Program-made: the position numbers and the translations under genes | Origin: Bacteroidota bacterium | GTDB taxonomy: Bacteria; Bacteroidota; Ignavibacteria; UBA10030 | Direction: 5' to 3' | DNA: 64,000 bases | NCBI GenBank assembly: GCA_021813905.1 | Contig: JAKAJH010000005.1 | Coordinates: forward strand, 26,788 to 90,787 | Shown here: one piece after another, positions 46,601 to 55,310 of the stretch | Numbering within the stretch: the first letter of the stretch is position 1 | Layout of the letters: each line of letters starts with the position of its first letter | The notes under the pieces: generated by a model | What the model saw: the letters and a program-made list of their open reading frames with translations, nothing else | Databases searched by the model: none | Told to the model about the DNA's origin: nothing

Positions 46601-49229
46601 TCCGGCGCGCTCCGAACAGAAGCAGGCCCCGGTCGGACAACCGTCCCGCAAAGGCCGACAGCCGGCTGGAGAGATAGTCGTCCGCAAATTGCGCGATCTG
46701 GTCGCGCTCGGAGATTTCGCGGCCCAGCGCACCGCGCACGTCGCCCAGCAGACGAACACTCCGCTGCCGGATTTCCTTCTCTACGTCCCCCCAGTGCCGG
46801 CGAAGATCCCGTTCGAAATCCCGCGCCGCATCCGTCCAGGTTCGCAGCGGCATCCGGTGGCGATTGTATTGCGCCGATTCCTCGGCGATGAGACGATTCA
46901 GATCGATCAGCACGCGACGCGTTTTCGTGTGCAGCACCTCCGCGCCGTCGGAACCGCCCAGCGTCAGGCGGAATGTCCGCCGGCCGGATTCGAACCCCTC
47001 TTCCGTCCGCGCAAAGGTCGACAGCGGCAACAGGCCGATGCCCTGCCGCGCCAGTCCCGAGGCCAGCCAGTCGAGCGACAATCCCGCCGGCAGGTCGCCG
47101 ATCGTCATCAGCGGATACATGCTGCCGGCCGGAGGAAGGATGTCGATCCCGAACGGATTGCGCTCTTCCGGCAGCTGCGCCCGCGCATCGAGCAGCGCCC
47201 GCGTCCGTTCTTCGAAGATGCTGTTGCGCAAATGCCAGTAGCCGCGCGTCGTGTCCTCGTCCCGGCGGTAGAAGAGATATGTCAGGAGCATCGCGCCCAG
47301 GTTCGGACGGATGGCGCTGTTCAGCCGCCGGAATCGCTCCCGCAGCTCCGCATCCCGGATCTCCGCGACGGCCAGCCGCGCTCCCGCCAGACAATCGGTC
47401 TTCGACATCGAGTGGATCGTGACCACGCGATCGGCCGCGTCCGCCGGGACCGCTCCGTCGGCGACAAGCGCATCCACGGCCTGCCGCAACGTGGGGATCT
47501 GCGGGAAGACCAGCGCGGGCGCGACATTCTGGTACGAGAGGTCGTCGATCACCAGCACGTGCCGGGCCAGGAGTTGGCGAAGCAGCGACCGCACTTCCGC
47601 CGCGTCAAACACCCGTCCCGTGGCGTTGTGGGGATTGTTGATCACGACGGCGCCGGAGGAGGCCCATGCCGGATCCGCCGCCAGGCGCCGGTCCACCGCC
47701 GCAACGATGGCGTCGGCATCCAGCCCGAAGTCCGGACGCAGCGGCACGGCGTGCACGTTCGGGAAGCAATGCTCGTACGACCAGCTCAGGTCGGGAATGA
47801 TGACCTCGCGGATGCCGCAGTGGAACCCGAGGATGCCGAGCGCCGTGCGCGAAGAGCCGCTGACCACCTCGCAGTCGGTCCGGCGGTACTCCGGATGATG
47901 CCGGACGAACGCGCTCAGAAAGCTTTCGATCAAATCGCTTCCCGGCTGCCCGGACCACAGTTCGGTGCAGAGATGCTCGAGCACTGCACGGCCGTCCATG
48001 CCGGCGTGCGCATCATTCGCCTCCAGCGGCAGGCGTCGCTGTGCGCGCTCCGCAACATCCACCGCGAGGGCCGCCAGATGCTCCACGTGCCGTCCGATGG
48101 CCTCGGACCGTCGTTCCACCAGCGTTTGCAGACGGGCTTCCGCCCGGCCGGCAAGCGCCGGGATCACCTGCTCCGCCCCGCCGTGTCCTATCAATCCTTC
48201 AAAGGCTGCAGCCGCCGGCGGTGTCGTGACCGGCTCCTGCGCCGGCCGCCGGGTCAGCAGGAACGCGAGCAGTTCCATCTCCGACGCGGAGGGCGTGCCC
48301 TTCAGCTGAAAATGCATCGTATCGATGACGCTCAGGAACGCCGCGTTGCCCGCAAGGAACATCGTCGACAGTCCGCGCAGCGACGCGTCAAAGATGGCGG
48401 GCGACATGATCCGCAGCACCCGGTCGGTCAGTCCCGCTTCGCGCGCCATCGAGAACTGATTCGGCGCATCGTTGACCTCGATCAGCATCAGCGGATGATC
48501 GATGGCGAGATGGCGAAGCGTGCGGCGCGTCTCCTCGTCCGGCACGGCGCCGAGGACGAGCATATGCGGATGGTCTGCGTCCGCTTCGAGCTGCGCGAGC
48601 AGTTCGCTCCGCGCGGCCGACTCGTCATCCGGCAGCGTGTGAAAGCGGAGTCCGGGGAAATCAGATTCGGGGAGCGCGTTCGCGAACCGGAAGAAGTGCA
48701 CCGGCGCGGGACGGTTCTCGAGGTAGGCCGACAGGGCGTGCAGGACGATCCGCATCACTTCGGCCGGACCGCCGGAGCCCAGGATCACTTCCCGCGTCCC
48801 CGACGACTGGCCGAGGTCGTAGGTCAGCGGATCGTGCTGATGCAGGAGCCAGTCGGAAAACGTCTGGACCAGGGGATGCGGCGACTTGCGCTGGTAGCCG
48901 CCGCGGGGCGTGTACGGCGCGCTGGCGCGGATAAGCCGGCGGGTAAATTCAATGAGCGGCTGATCCTCCGGCGGCGCATCGAGCTCGACGAGGATCCGCT
49001 CGACGGTCGCGCCGGCGGCATCGCGCGTCACGGGCTCGAGGCCGACGACCGCTCGCAGCAGGTACGCGTCGAGACGTTCGTCCTGGACCGGATTCCCGAT
49101 ATGGAAATTGACGCGGTCCTCCGGGGCGGCGCCGGACGACGCGGTCGCTTCACTGATCTCCGACACGCGCGCAGCGCGGACGGGTTTCAGGCGGAAGCGT
49201 TCGTTCCATAACTGGGCAGAGACGCGCAT
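43620..49229 (-). CDS. 1869-aa fusion: degenerate aminotransferase + PLP aminotransferase class I/II + divergent PEP carboxylase
   Basis: Aminotransferase: NNPHNATG, IDDLSY, SMSK(K610)..GAR, FRLTLG. PEPC-like: TVHPTQ, FWGDWDG, IPLFEE, FIAGSD, GEPMQRQGG, DRP, LRAI, terminal IARLTGENG. Confidence 0.8.
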   Translation of the reverse strand: MRVSAQLWNERFRLKPVRAARVSEISEATASSGAAPEDRVNFHIGNPVQDERLDAYLLRAVVGLEPVTRDAAGATVERILVELDAPPEDQPLIEFTRRLIRASAPYTPRGGYQRKSPHPLVQTFSDWLLHQHDPLTYDLGQSSGTREVILGSGGPAEVMRIVLHALSAYLENRPAPVHFFRFANALPESDFPGLRFHTLPDDESAARSELLAQLEADADHPHMLVLGAVPDEETRRTLRHLAIDHPLMLIEVNDAPNQFSMAREAGLTDRVLRIMSPAIFDASLRGLSTMFLAGNAAFLSVIDTMHFQLKGTPSASEMELLAFLLTRRPAQEPVTTPPAAAAFEGLIGHGGAEQVIPALAGRAEARLQTLVERRSEAIGRHVEHLAALAVDVAERAQRRLPLEANDAHAGMDGRAVLEHLCTELWSGQPGSDLIESFLSAFVRHHPEYRRTDCEVVSGSSRTALGILGFHCGIREVIIPDLSWSYEHCFPNVHAVPLRPDFGLDADAIVAAVDRRLAADPAWASSGAVVINNPHNATGRVFDAAEVRSLLRQLLARHVLVIDDLSYQNVAPALVFPQIPTLRQAVDALVADGAVPADAADRVVTIHSMSKTDCLAGARLAVAEIRDAELRERFRRLNSAIRPNLGAMLLTYLFYRRDEDTTRGYWHLRNSIFEERTRALLDARAQLPEERNPFGIDILPPAGSMYPLMTIGDLPAGLSLDWLASGLARQGIGLLPLSTFARTEEGFESGRRTFRLTLGGSDGAEVLHTKTRRVLIDLNRLIAEESAQYNRHRMPLRTWTDAARDFERDLRRHWGDVEKEIRQRSVRLLGDVRGALGREISERDQIAQFADDYLSSRLSAFAGRLSDRGLLLFGARRTARADAGRSLGEMLERELYKDSLDRRRDTFSTRLFDRTVHPTQMYSIRAEQAFDRIITTILRGERIDDTMCTAAASQLIEEYLGRSVAITSEQEGVELVLDLDAHIDAEISAELRAGTGPSTFLSFWGDWDGSNRPSGQGHRLAAAAVMENVNRLSRILSLLRRGDGGVRVDPGLLAALESLPQANRRFAEVLGEITRLTHQLERRYRGVLPIHVTPGAWRRLGMAVHVARDPLTRLWRHNDRLERRMLDLRRQRRDALQHYFALNKQLRKQLHALIPAIRENRGNDRLLTDAAMYRDLLQRMVITPRIHQKMITAQDPFAVDTTVFNIHEINEIAGAYGNPGLVLGLQVSMATKAEALITLDRKMQARREEVLRRAPDADLPPIWLIPLFEEMDSVQGITGYLDKVWDHARQGRRVHQETADRFAEIVSEVFIAGSDLSQQVGQPAGAALYRQAKHALMLWLANHGLADRVRIKMGSGEPMQRQGGYYAAHAGERAFSVTSDAVKRLSTSLPASAITSARYATTPLMGLFTGGDLRTFQSALSEQLRLLSTGERADVLHHVSVAQRTHRGDLVRAAETLTDSRLQKKTRGAQEMERLTLGTRESLYEEFLTSATENFRTILYGREADLVGIHVISYFIARTMPQLRDRPTVRPGGERSADRGQQILEHIARTIPLSRYGSLLRAIAHNQAQTMLLGVNQLTTGVFRALDLFAQREFAEGDAVTLLADRVLPQLPVYEILHTLRLYHDPGLTHVRQMETAFPAGSFAFLALREDNDAIAQYVPLFQQELLRRHGLDVEEFFDENGFVQNLLPAVRPDLAVLFQRDLFNGEMDAMLAPVKGSVPAAWKAEVSRLLGIPGAIRQWRSRAWELLRDPVFQRVQSFVELAGALYTLASARPADASGAALRPLRVPTALTHFFRVSSTEDEMRQFLAAAVEYLSAASEGSVEVPVTIVRAMNDVERLAAIEEQALTPERQDLLRYHLLQIARLTGENG

Positions 49230-49282
49230 GGATGGGCAGTGACCCTCCGGTCCTCGTCACAGGGATCGTCGCGGACGGACGA

Positions 49283-50260
49283 TCACTTCTCTTTCGCGGC
49301 GCTCTTCTTCTCTTTGCCGCCGTTCAGCGCGCCATGCAGAAGCCGCTGGAAGAGGCCGAGCAGTTCCGACCCCTGCGCCAGGTCCTGCGGAGAGAGGGAG
49401 ACGACGGTGCGGGCGTTCTTGAGTCCCTGGCTGGCTTCCGCCAGGCGGGCGGCCTGAGGCGTCAGCATGAGCAGTTCCGGATTGTTCTTCAGCAGTTCCA
49501 GCTCGTCGCGCTCGAATTCCAGTCGCTTCCGGCTGCGCTTCAGCTCGTCGTTCACCTGCTGATCGGCGAGGGAGGATTCCTTCGCGGCATGTTCGGCCCG
49601 GAGGTCGAGGGCCCGCAGGTCGACGGCGTGCTGCAACCGGGCGATCTCTTCGTCGGCCTGCAGCCTGGCGCGGGCCGCAGCAATGCGGGCTTTCTGGCTG
49701 AGCGATTCCGTCTGCTCCATGATGCGGGCGTGTTCCTGCTGACGCAGCGCCTCGGCGATCTGCGGGTCGGCTGTTTCGAACGACTGGATCGCGAGCGTCA
49801 CCAGGTCGAGGCCGAGCGTCGCCTTGACGCCGGCGGTCTTCTGCTCGAGCCACGCGTGGATCTTCTCGGAGGAGAGCTGCTCGATGGAGACCTGCTCGGT
49901 GAACTCCTTCACGTATCCGTGGAGGAGCACTTCCAGCTCTTTGGCGGCGCGGGCGACCGCATCGGCGTGCCAGCCGCCGACGCGCATGAGCACGGGGAGA
50001 TGGTCCATGGCGGCGGCCACGGTGACCGCGAGTTTCACCCGGATGTCGAGATTGCCTTTCGCGGTCGCATCGACGGTGGACTGGAACGCATGGGTCGTGC
50101 GGGCGACCGGGAAGCTGAAGTGGCGCGGATAGAACCGGCCGGTGCGGGTTCTCATGCCGGTTCGTGTTTCGACGAGGATGACCTCATCCGGCTTCCGCAC
50201 GCGGTACTCCACGATCAGCGCGATGACCACGACCACACCGATCCCGATCAAGACCTCCAT
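49283..50260 (-). CDS. SPFH/Band-7/flotillin-like membrane protein
   Basis: GAGGAGG RBS, N-terminal TM, VRKPDE, 'LGLDLVTLAIQSF..D' SPFH-type end, then Ala/Glu-rich coiled coil. Confidence 0.7.
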   Translation of the reverse strand: MEVLIGIGVVVVIALIVEYRVRKPDEVILVETRTGMRTRTGRFYPRHFSFPVARTTHAFQSTVDATAKGNLDIRVKLAVTVAAAMDHLPVLMRVGGWHADAVARAAKELEVLLHGYVKEFTEQVSIEQLSSEKIHAWLEQKTAGVKATLGLDLVTLAIQSFETADPQIAEALRQQEHARIMEQTESLSQKARIAAARARLQADEEIARLQHAVDLRALDLRAEHAAKESSLADQQVNDELKRSRKRLEFERDELELLKNNPELLMLTPQAARLAEASQGLKNARTVVSLSPQDLAQGSELLGLFQRLLHGALNGGKEKKSAAKEK

Positions 50261-50441
50261 GGTTTCCTCCTCAAGAATGGAATTCCGAGCCGTCGACGGG
50301 GGCACTTCTGGTTGAACCTACGGAAGAATCGCTCCCCTGTCAAGCAACGCTCCGGAGGCGGCAGGCGTTCCGTTTCACGGCACTTTTCGCTACCTTGGAT
50401 GCGTTCAACTTGTCGATCCCTGTGTCTCCGCGTGATCTCTC

Positions 50442-51332
50442 ATGCCCTTCATCGGTGAACTGAGCGCCCTCGGCACCGCCGTCTGCTGGACCGGCAGCTC
50501 CATCGCGTTCGCCGCCGCCACCATGCGGGTCGGGTCCGTGTACGTCAACGTCACGCGCCTGATCGCCGCCGCGGTGATCCTGCTGCTGATCGTCCTCGCA
50601 TTCGGCATTCCGGTGAACGTCTCCACGACACAGGCTGCGTACTTGTTCGTCAGCGGACTCGTCGGACTCGTCTTCGGCGACACATTCCTCTTCAAGTCGT
50701 ACGAGTACAACGGCGCACGCATCAGTTCTCTCATCATGTCCACAGCTCCCGCCGTCACGGCATTGCTCGGCTACTTCTTCCTCGGCGAAACGCTCTCATT
50801 TCTGGGAATCTTCGGAATGGCTGTGACATTGGGGGGAATTGCGCTGGTGGTGCTGGAGCGGCAGGATCATTCCTCTTCGGCGATGCCCCTGACGAGCATC
50901 GGCATGTTCTATGCATTTCTCGGAGCCGTGGGACAGGCCGGAGGTTTAGTGCTGGCCAAGGGAGCTTTTGTGGAAGGACCGATCGACGGGTTTGTCGCAA
51001 CGCTCATCCGGATGCTGGCCGCCGTCTCGGTCATCGTACCGTTGACCGTCGCCGCACGCCGGTATTCCGCGCCCGTCGCCGTCTTCTCCCGCGACCGTAC
51101 TGCTCTGCTCGGCACATTGACCGGTACGGTGTTCGGACCGGTTCTCGGAGTCACCGGCAGCCTCATCGCCATCGCGCACACGAAGACGGCCATCGCGGCC
51201 ACGCTGATGGCTACGGTCCCCATCATCATGCTGCCTGCGGCGCGGTATGTTCAGAAGGAAACGCTCTCGTGGCGGGCCATTGCCGGCGCGGTGATCACGG
51301 TCGCCGGCGTGGTGATCCTGTTCCTGCGCTGA
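50442..51332 (+). CDS. DMT/EamA family transporter
   Basis: About 10 TM helices in two repeats; FLGETLS, KETLSWRAIAG. Confidence 0.9.
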   Translation: MPFIGELSALGTAVCWTGSSIAFAAATMRVGSVYVNVTRLIAAAVILLLIVLAFGIPVNVSTTQAAYLFVSGLVGLVFGDTFLFKSYEYNGARISSLIMSTAPAVTALLGYFFLGETLSFLGIFGMAVTLGGIALVVLERQDHSSSAMPLTSIGMFYAFLGAVGQAGGLVLAKGAFVEGPIDGFVATLIRMLAAVSVIVPLTVAARRYSAPVAVFSRDRTALLGTLTGTVFGPVLGVTGSLIAIAHTKTAIAATLMATVPIIMLPAARYVQKETLSWRAIAGAVITVAGVVILFLR

Positions 51333-51338
51333 TCGCGG

Positions 51339-52871
51339 TCAGTCGGTCAACCGGAACTCGGCGTCCGGCGGCCGCAGCTCGTCGTGCATCCGCCGCAACG
51401 CCCGGTACGCGGTCTCGCTCCCCCGCCGCATCGACCGGTGATAGATCCGGTACGCCTCTCCGCGATTCTGCGCCACCCCCACCCCTTTTTCATAGCAGTA
51501 GCCGATGGTCACGTCCGCCAGCAGGCACCCCTGATCCGATGCGTCGCGCAGGATCGTCAATGCCTCCGTCGTATCCTTCAGCGCCGGCTCGCCGAACACC
51601 TCCGCCATCGCCAGCCGGATGCCCGCCTCGACGCTCCCCCGCGCCCGCGCGTCGCTCCAGAGCTGCACGGCCGTTCCCGCATCCTTCTCCGTCCACCGGC
51701 CGGTGAAATAGCACAGGCCCAGTTCCACCATCGCCGGGAGATGTCCCGCCGTCGCCGCGCGCCGCAGCAGATCCAGCGCCTGCGTGCCGTTCAGCAGCTG
51801 GTTGAAGCCCGTCGACGTCAGCCCGGCCCAGACGTACAGCGCGTCGGGATCGTTGCGCGACGACCGCGTCTCCAGCTCGCGTCCGAACGTCTCCGTCTGC
51901 GTCAGCTTCCACAGCAGCCCCGGCGCCCGGTACGATTCCATCCGCCATGCGCGCAGATAGTACGTCCCCGCCCGCATCAGTTCTTTCGGCAGATCGGTCC
52001 CGCGTTCATACATTCTCCCGACGACGCAGAGCGCCTCGGGATTTCCCGATTCCGCCGCCCGAAAGAGCATCGCCCGGGCGGTACTGTCGATGACCGGCTT
52101 TGCCGGCGCGGTGGTATCGGCGACGGACCGCGTGACGTTCAGCTCCTGGAACGCTTCGCGCACCAGCGTCGTGTCCGGCACGCTCGTGCTCGTGTCCGCC
52201 TGAAAATCGAGGAATACCAGGCTGAACGAGGTATCGCGCGGCTGCTTGTGGAGTGCCGTTTCCTTCGGCGCCGCCGCCGTGTCGCTTTGCACCCTGTTCA
52301 GTCCGCGACGCTCCATCTCCACCTGCGTGCGTTTCGCGTCATCCGACCCCAGAGAGGCTGCCTTCTTGATGAACGCGTACGCCTTCGACCAGCTCCGCGG
52401 GACAACGAAATCCTCCGAATACATCAGTCCGGTGACATACAGCGCCTCCGGCATGTCCTGTGCCGCGGCCGCGCTGAATTCCCGGAACGCCTCGAACGGA
52501 TTCCACTTCACCCCCCATCCGTTGATGTACAGGATGCCCAGGTTGAATTCCGCGATCGACAGCTTCTGCGCCGCCGCTCTCGCGATCCAGAAGAACGCCT
52601 TCTGCGTGTCCGCCGGAAATCCCTTGCCGAGCAGATAGCGCAGTCCCAGCTCGTGCTGCGCGAGCGGCTTGCCGGCATTCGCCTCCTGCACGAGCGCGAA
52701 CGCCTCCACGAGCTGCGCGTCGAGATTGTACGGCATCACGAGCGATTGCGCCGGAGGACGGCTCGTCTTGAACGCGGACCCTTTCTTCTGCTGCGCATGC
52801 GCCGGGCTGATCAGCAGAAGGAGCACAACGGAAAGAAGAAGCGGTCGGAGGATCGGATGAGAATGGGTCAT
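51339..52871 (-). CDS. exported Sel1-repeat protein
   Basis: Signal peptide; AQHELGLRYLLGKG, AEFNLGILYINGWG, YCYEKGVGV repeats. Confidence 0.9.
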   Translation of the reverse strand: MTHSHPILRPLLLSVVLLLLISPAHAQQKKGSAFKTSRPPAQSLVMPYNLDAQLVEAFALVQEANAGKPLAQHELGLRYLLGKGFPADTQKAFFWIARAAAQKLSIAEFNLGILYINGWGVKWNPFEAFREFSAAAAQDMPEALYVTGLMYSEDFVVPRSWSKAYAFIKKAASLGSDDAKRTQVEMERRGLNRVQSDTAAAPKETALHKQPRDTSFSLVFLDFQADTSTSVPDTTLVREAFQELNVTRSVADTTAPAKPVIDSTARAMLFRAAESGNPEALCVVGRMYERGTDLPKELMRAGTYYLRAWRMESYRAPGLLWKLTQTETFGRELETRSSRNDPDALYVWAGLTSTGFNQLLNGTQALDLLRRAATAGHLPAMVELGLCYFTGRWTEKDAGTAVQLWSDARARGSVEAGIRLAMAEVFGEPALKDTTEALTILRDASDQGCLLADVTIGYCYEKGVGVAQNRGEAYRIYHRSMRRGSETAYRALRRMHDELRPPDAEFRLTD

Positions 52872-52938
52872 GGGCGGCTTATTTCCGTGCACAATTTCGT
52901 ATATTGTCCACGCAATTGCCATCATGCGAAGAGGTGGT

Positions 52939-53613
52939 GTGACGGGTTCCGCGCGCATCCGATTCAAGATCTGCTGCATCCAGTCGCCGGACGAGGCCCG
53001 ACGGGCCATCGCCGCGGGAGCGAACGCCGTGGGACTGGTGTCCGCCATGCCGAGCGGCCCCGGACCTATTCCGGACGACCGCATCGCCGCCATCGCGCGG
53101 GAGATTCCGCCGGGTGTCGAGAGCGTGCTGCTCACCAGCCGCCCGACCGCCGACGAAGTCATCCGTCAGCACCGTCAGGCGCGGACGACCGCCCTGCAGC
53201 TGGTCGACGCCTTTCCGATGGCGGACTACCGGGCGCTCCGGTCGGCCCTGCCGGGCATCCGGATCATTCAGGTGATCCACGTGCGCGATGCCGCGTCGGT
53301 CGCCGAAGCGGAGCGTGTGGCACCGGAGGTCGACGCGATCCTGCTGGATTCGGGGGATCCGTCGTTGCCGGTGAAGGTGCTGGGCGGGACGGGGCATGTG
53401 CATGACTGGAGCGTCAGCCGGCAGATCTGCGAGCGCGTGCCGGTGCCGGTGTTCCTGGCCGGCGGACTGACGCCCGCCAACGTGGCGGAAGCGGTCGAGC
53501 GGGTGCGGCCGTATGCCGTGGATGTGTGCAGCGGGGTCCGCACCGGCGGTCTTCTCGATGACACGAAACTGGCCGCCTTTGTCGCGGCGCTGGAGAGAGT
53601 TCGGAGCGTATGA
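52939..53613 (+). CDS. trpF: phosphoribosylanthranilate isomerase
   Basis: KICCI, ALQL, ILLDS, GGTG..HDW, FLAGGL.P.NV, VDVCSGV; start 52924 or 52939. Confidence 0.9.
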   Translation: MTGSARIRFKICCIQSPDEARRAIAAGANAVGLVSAMPSGPGPIPDDRIAAIAREIPPGVESVLLTSRPTADEVIRQHRQARTTALQLVDAFPMADYRALRSALPGIRIIQVIHVRDAASVAEAERVAPEVDAILLDSGDPSLPVKVLGGTGHVHDWSVSRQICERVPVPVFLAGGLTPANVAEAVERVRPYAVDVCSGVRTGGLLDDTKLAAFVAALERVRSV

Positions 53614-55280
53614 GCGAGAACAAGATCATCTTTTCCATGGTCGGCGTCGGCAAGGTCGTCAAGCCGAACCGCCAGATCCTCAAGGATATTTACCTGTCGT
53701 TCTTCTACGGCGCCAAGATCGGCGTCCTGGGCCTCAACGGCGCCGGCAAGAGCACGCTGCTGCGCATCATCGCCGGCGAGGACACCGACTATCTCGGCCA
53801 GATCACCGCGCAGAAGGGCATCACGTTCGGCTACCTGCCGCAGGAGCCGGTCCTCGATCCGTCCAAAACCGTCCGCGAGATCGTCGAGGAAGGCGTCCAC
53901 GAGGTCATGGGGCTCATGAAGGAGTACGAGCGCATCAACCAGCAGCTCTCCGAGCCGGACGCCGACTACGAATCGCTCCTCGAGAAGCAGAGCAAGCTCC
54001 AGGAGCGGATCGACCATCTCAACGCCTGGGACATCGACAGCAAGCTCGAGCAGGCCATGGACGCGCTCCGCTGTCCGCCGGGCGACACTTCCGTCACCGT
54101 GCTGTCGGGAGGCGAGCGCCGCCGCGTGGCCCTGTGCCGCCTGCTGCTCAAGGAGCCCGACGTTCTTCTGTTAGACGAGCCGACGAACCATTTGGACGCC
54201 GAATCGGTGGCGTGGCTGGAGCACCATCTGAGCCGCTACCAGGGCACCGTCATCGCGGTGACGCACGACCGGTACTTCCTGGACAATGTGGCGGGATGGA
54301 TCCTGGAGCTCGACCGGGGCGAAGGCATTCCGTTCGAGGGGAACTACTCGTCCTGGCTGGACCAGAAGAAGCGCCGGCTGGAGGTGGAGGAAAAGCAGGA
54401 ATCGAAGCGCCAGCGGGTGCTGCAGCGCGAGCTGGAATGGGTGCGCCTGAACCCGAAAGGACGCCACGCCAAGAGCAAGGCCCGCATCGCGGCGTACGAG
54501 AAGCTGCTCAGCGAGCAGTCGGAAAAGCGGGACGAGGAGATGGAGATCTACATTCCGCCCGGTCCGCGCCTCGGCGATCTGGTCATCGAAGCGCAGGGCG
54601 TCGCAAAGGCGTACGGCGACAACCTGCTGTTCGAAAGCATGAATTTTTCTCTCCCTCCCGGCGGCATCATCGGCGTCATCGGGCCGAACGGCGCGGGCAA
54701 GACGACGCTCTTCCGCATGATCACGGGGCAGGTGCAGCCGGACGCCGGCACCATCCGCATCGGCGAGACGGTGAAGCTGGCCTATGTCGATCAGATGCGC
54801 CCGCTCGATCCGGAGAAGTCGATCTGGCAGGAGATCTCCGGCGGCGAGGATCTGATCCGGCTCGGAGCGCGCGAGGTCAACTCACGCGGCTACGTCGCCC
54901 GGTTCAACTTCAGCGGGACCGACCAGCAGAAGAAGGTCGGCGTGCTCTCGGGCGGCGAACGCAACCGCGTGCACCTGGCGAAGGTCCTGCGCGAAGGCGC
55001 GAACGTGCTGCTGCTCGACGAGCCGACCAACGATCTGGACGTCAACACGCTCCGGGCGCTGGAAGAAGCCCTCGGCGAGTTCGGCGGCTGTGCCGTCATC
55101 ATCTCCCACGACCGCTGGTTCCTGGACCGTGTGGCCACGCACATCCTGGCGTTCGAGGGGGACAGTTCCGTGCTGTGGTTCGACGGGAATTATTCGGAGT
55201 ACGAGGAGCACCGCCGTCAGCAGCTGGGCGTGGCCGCGGACCAGCCGCACCGCATCAAGTACAAGCGGATGACGCGCTGA
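53610..55280 (+). CDS. ettA: energy-dependent translational throttle protein (ABC-F)
   Basis: LSFFYGAKIGVLGLNGAGKS, two ABC cassettes, ELEWVR..PKGR linker, terminal PHRIKYK. Confidence 0.96.
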   Translation: MSENKIIFSMVGVGKVVKPNRQILKDIYLSFFYGAKIGVLGLNGAGKSTLLRIIAGEDTDYLGQITAQKGITFGYLPQEPVLDPSKTVREIVEEGVHEVMGLMKEYERINQQLSEPDADYESLLEKQSKLQERIDHLNAWDIDSKLEQAMDALRCPPGDTSVTVLSGGERRRVALCRLLLKEPDVLLLDEPTNHLDAESVAWLEHHLSRYQGTVIAVTHDRYFLDNVAGWILELDRGEGIPFEGNYSSWLDQKKRRLEVEEKQESKRQRVLQRELEWVRLNPKGRHAKSKARIAAYEKLLSEQSEKRDEEMEIYIPPGPRLGDLVIEAQGVAKAYGDNLLFESMNFSLPPGGIIGVIGPNGAGKTTLFRMITGQVQPDAGTIRIGETVKLAYVDQMRPLDPEKSIWQEISGGEDLIRLGAREVNSRGYVARFNFSGTDQQKKVGVLSGGERNRVHLAKVLREGANVLLLDEPTNDLDVNTLRALEEALGEFGGCAVIISHDRWFLDRVATHILAFEGDSSVLWFDGNYSEYEEHRRQQLGVAADQPHRIKYKRMTR

Positions 55281-55310
55281 GCGCCGCGGACGGAGGGGGG
55301 GAGAAAACGA

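Noticed and set aside
44343-49211. 1622-aa ORF on + strand
   Set aside because: Antisense shadow of the real minus-strand fusion gene; Arg/His/Gln-rich with no motifs, typical of high-GC DNA
52887-52911. Imperfect inverted repeat GTGCACAAT-N7-ATTGTCCAC between divergent sel1 and trpF
   Set aside because: Single occurrence with no cognate regulator identifiable; may just be overlapping promoters
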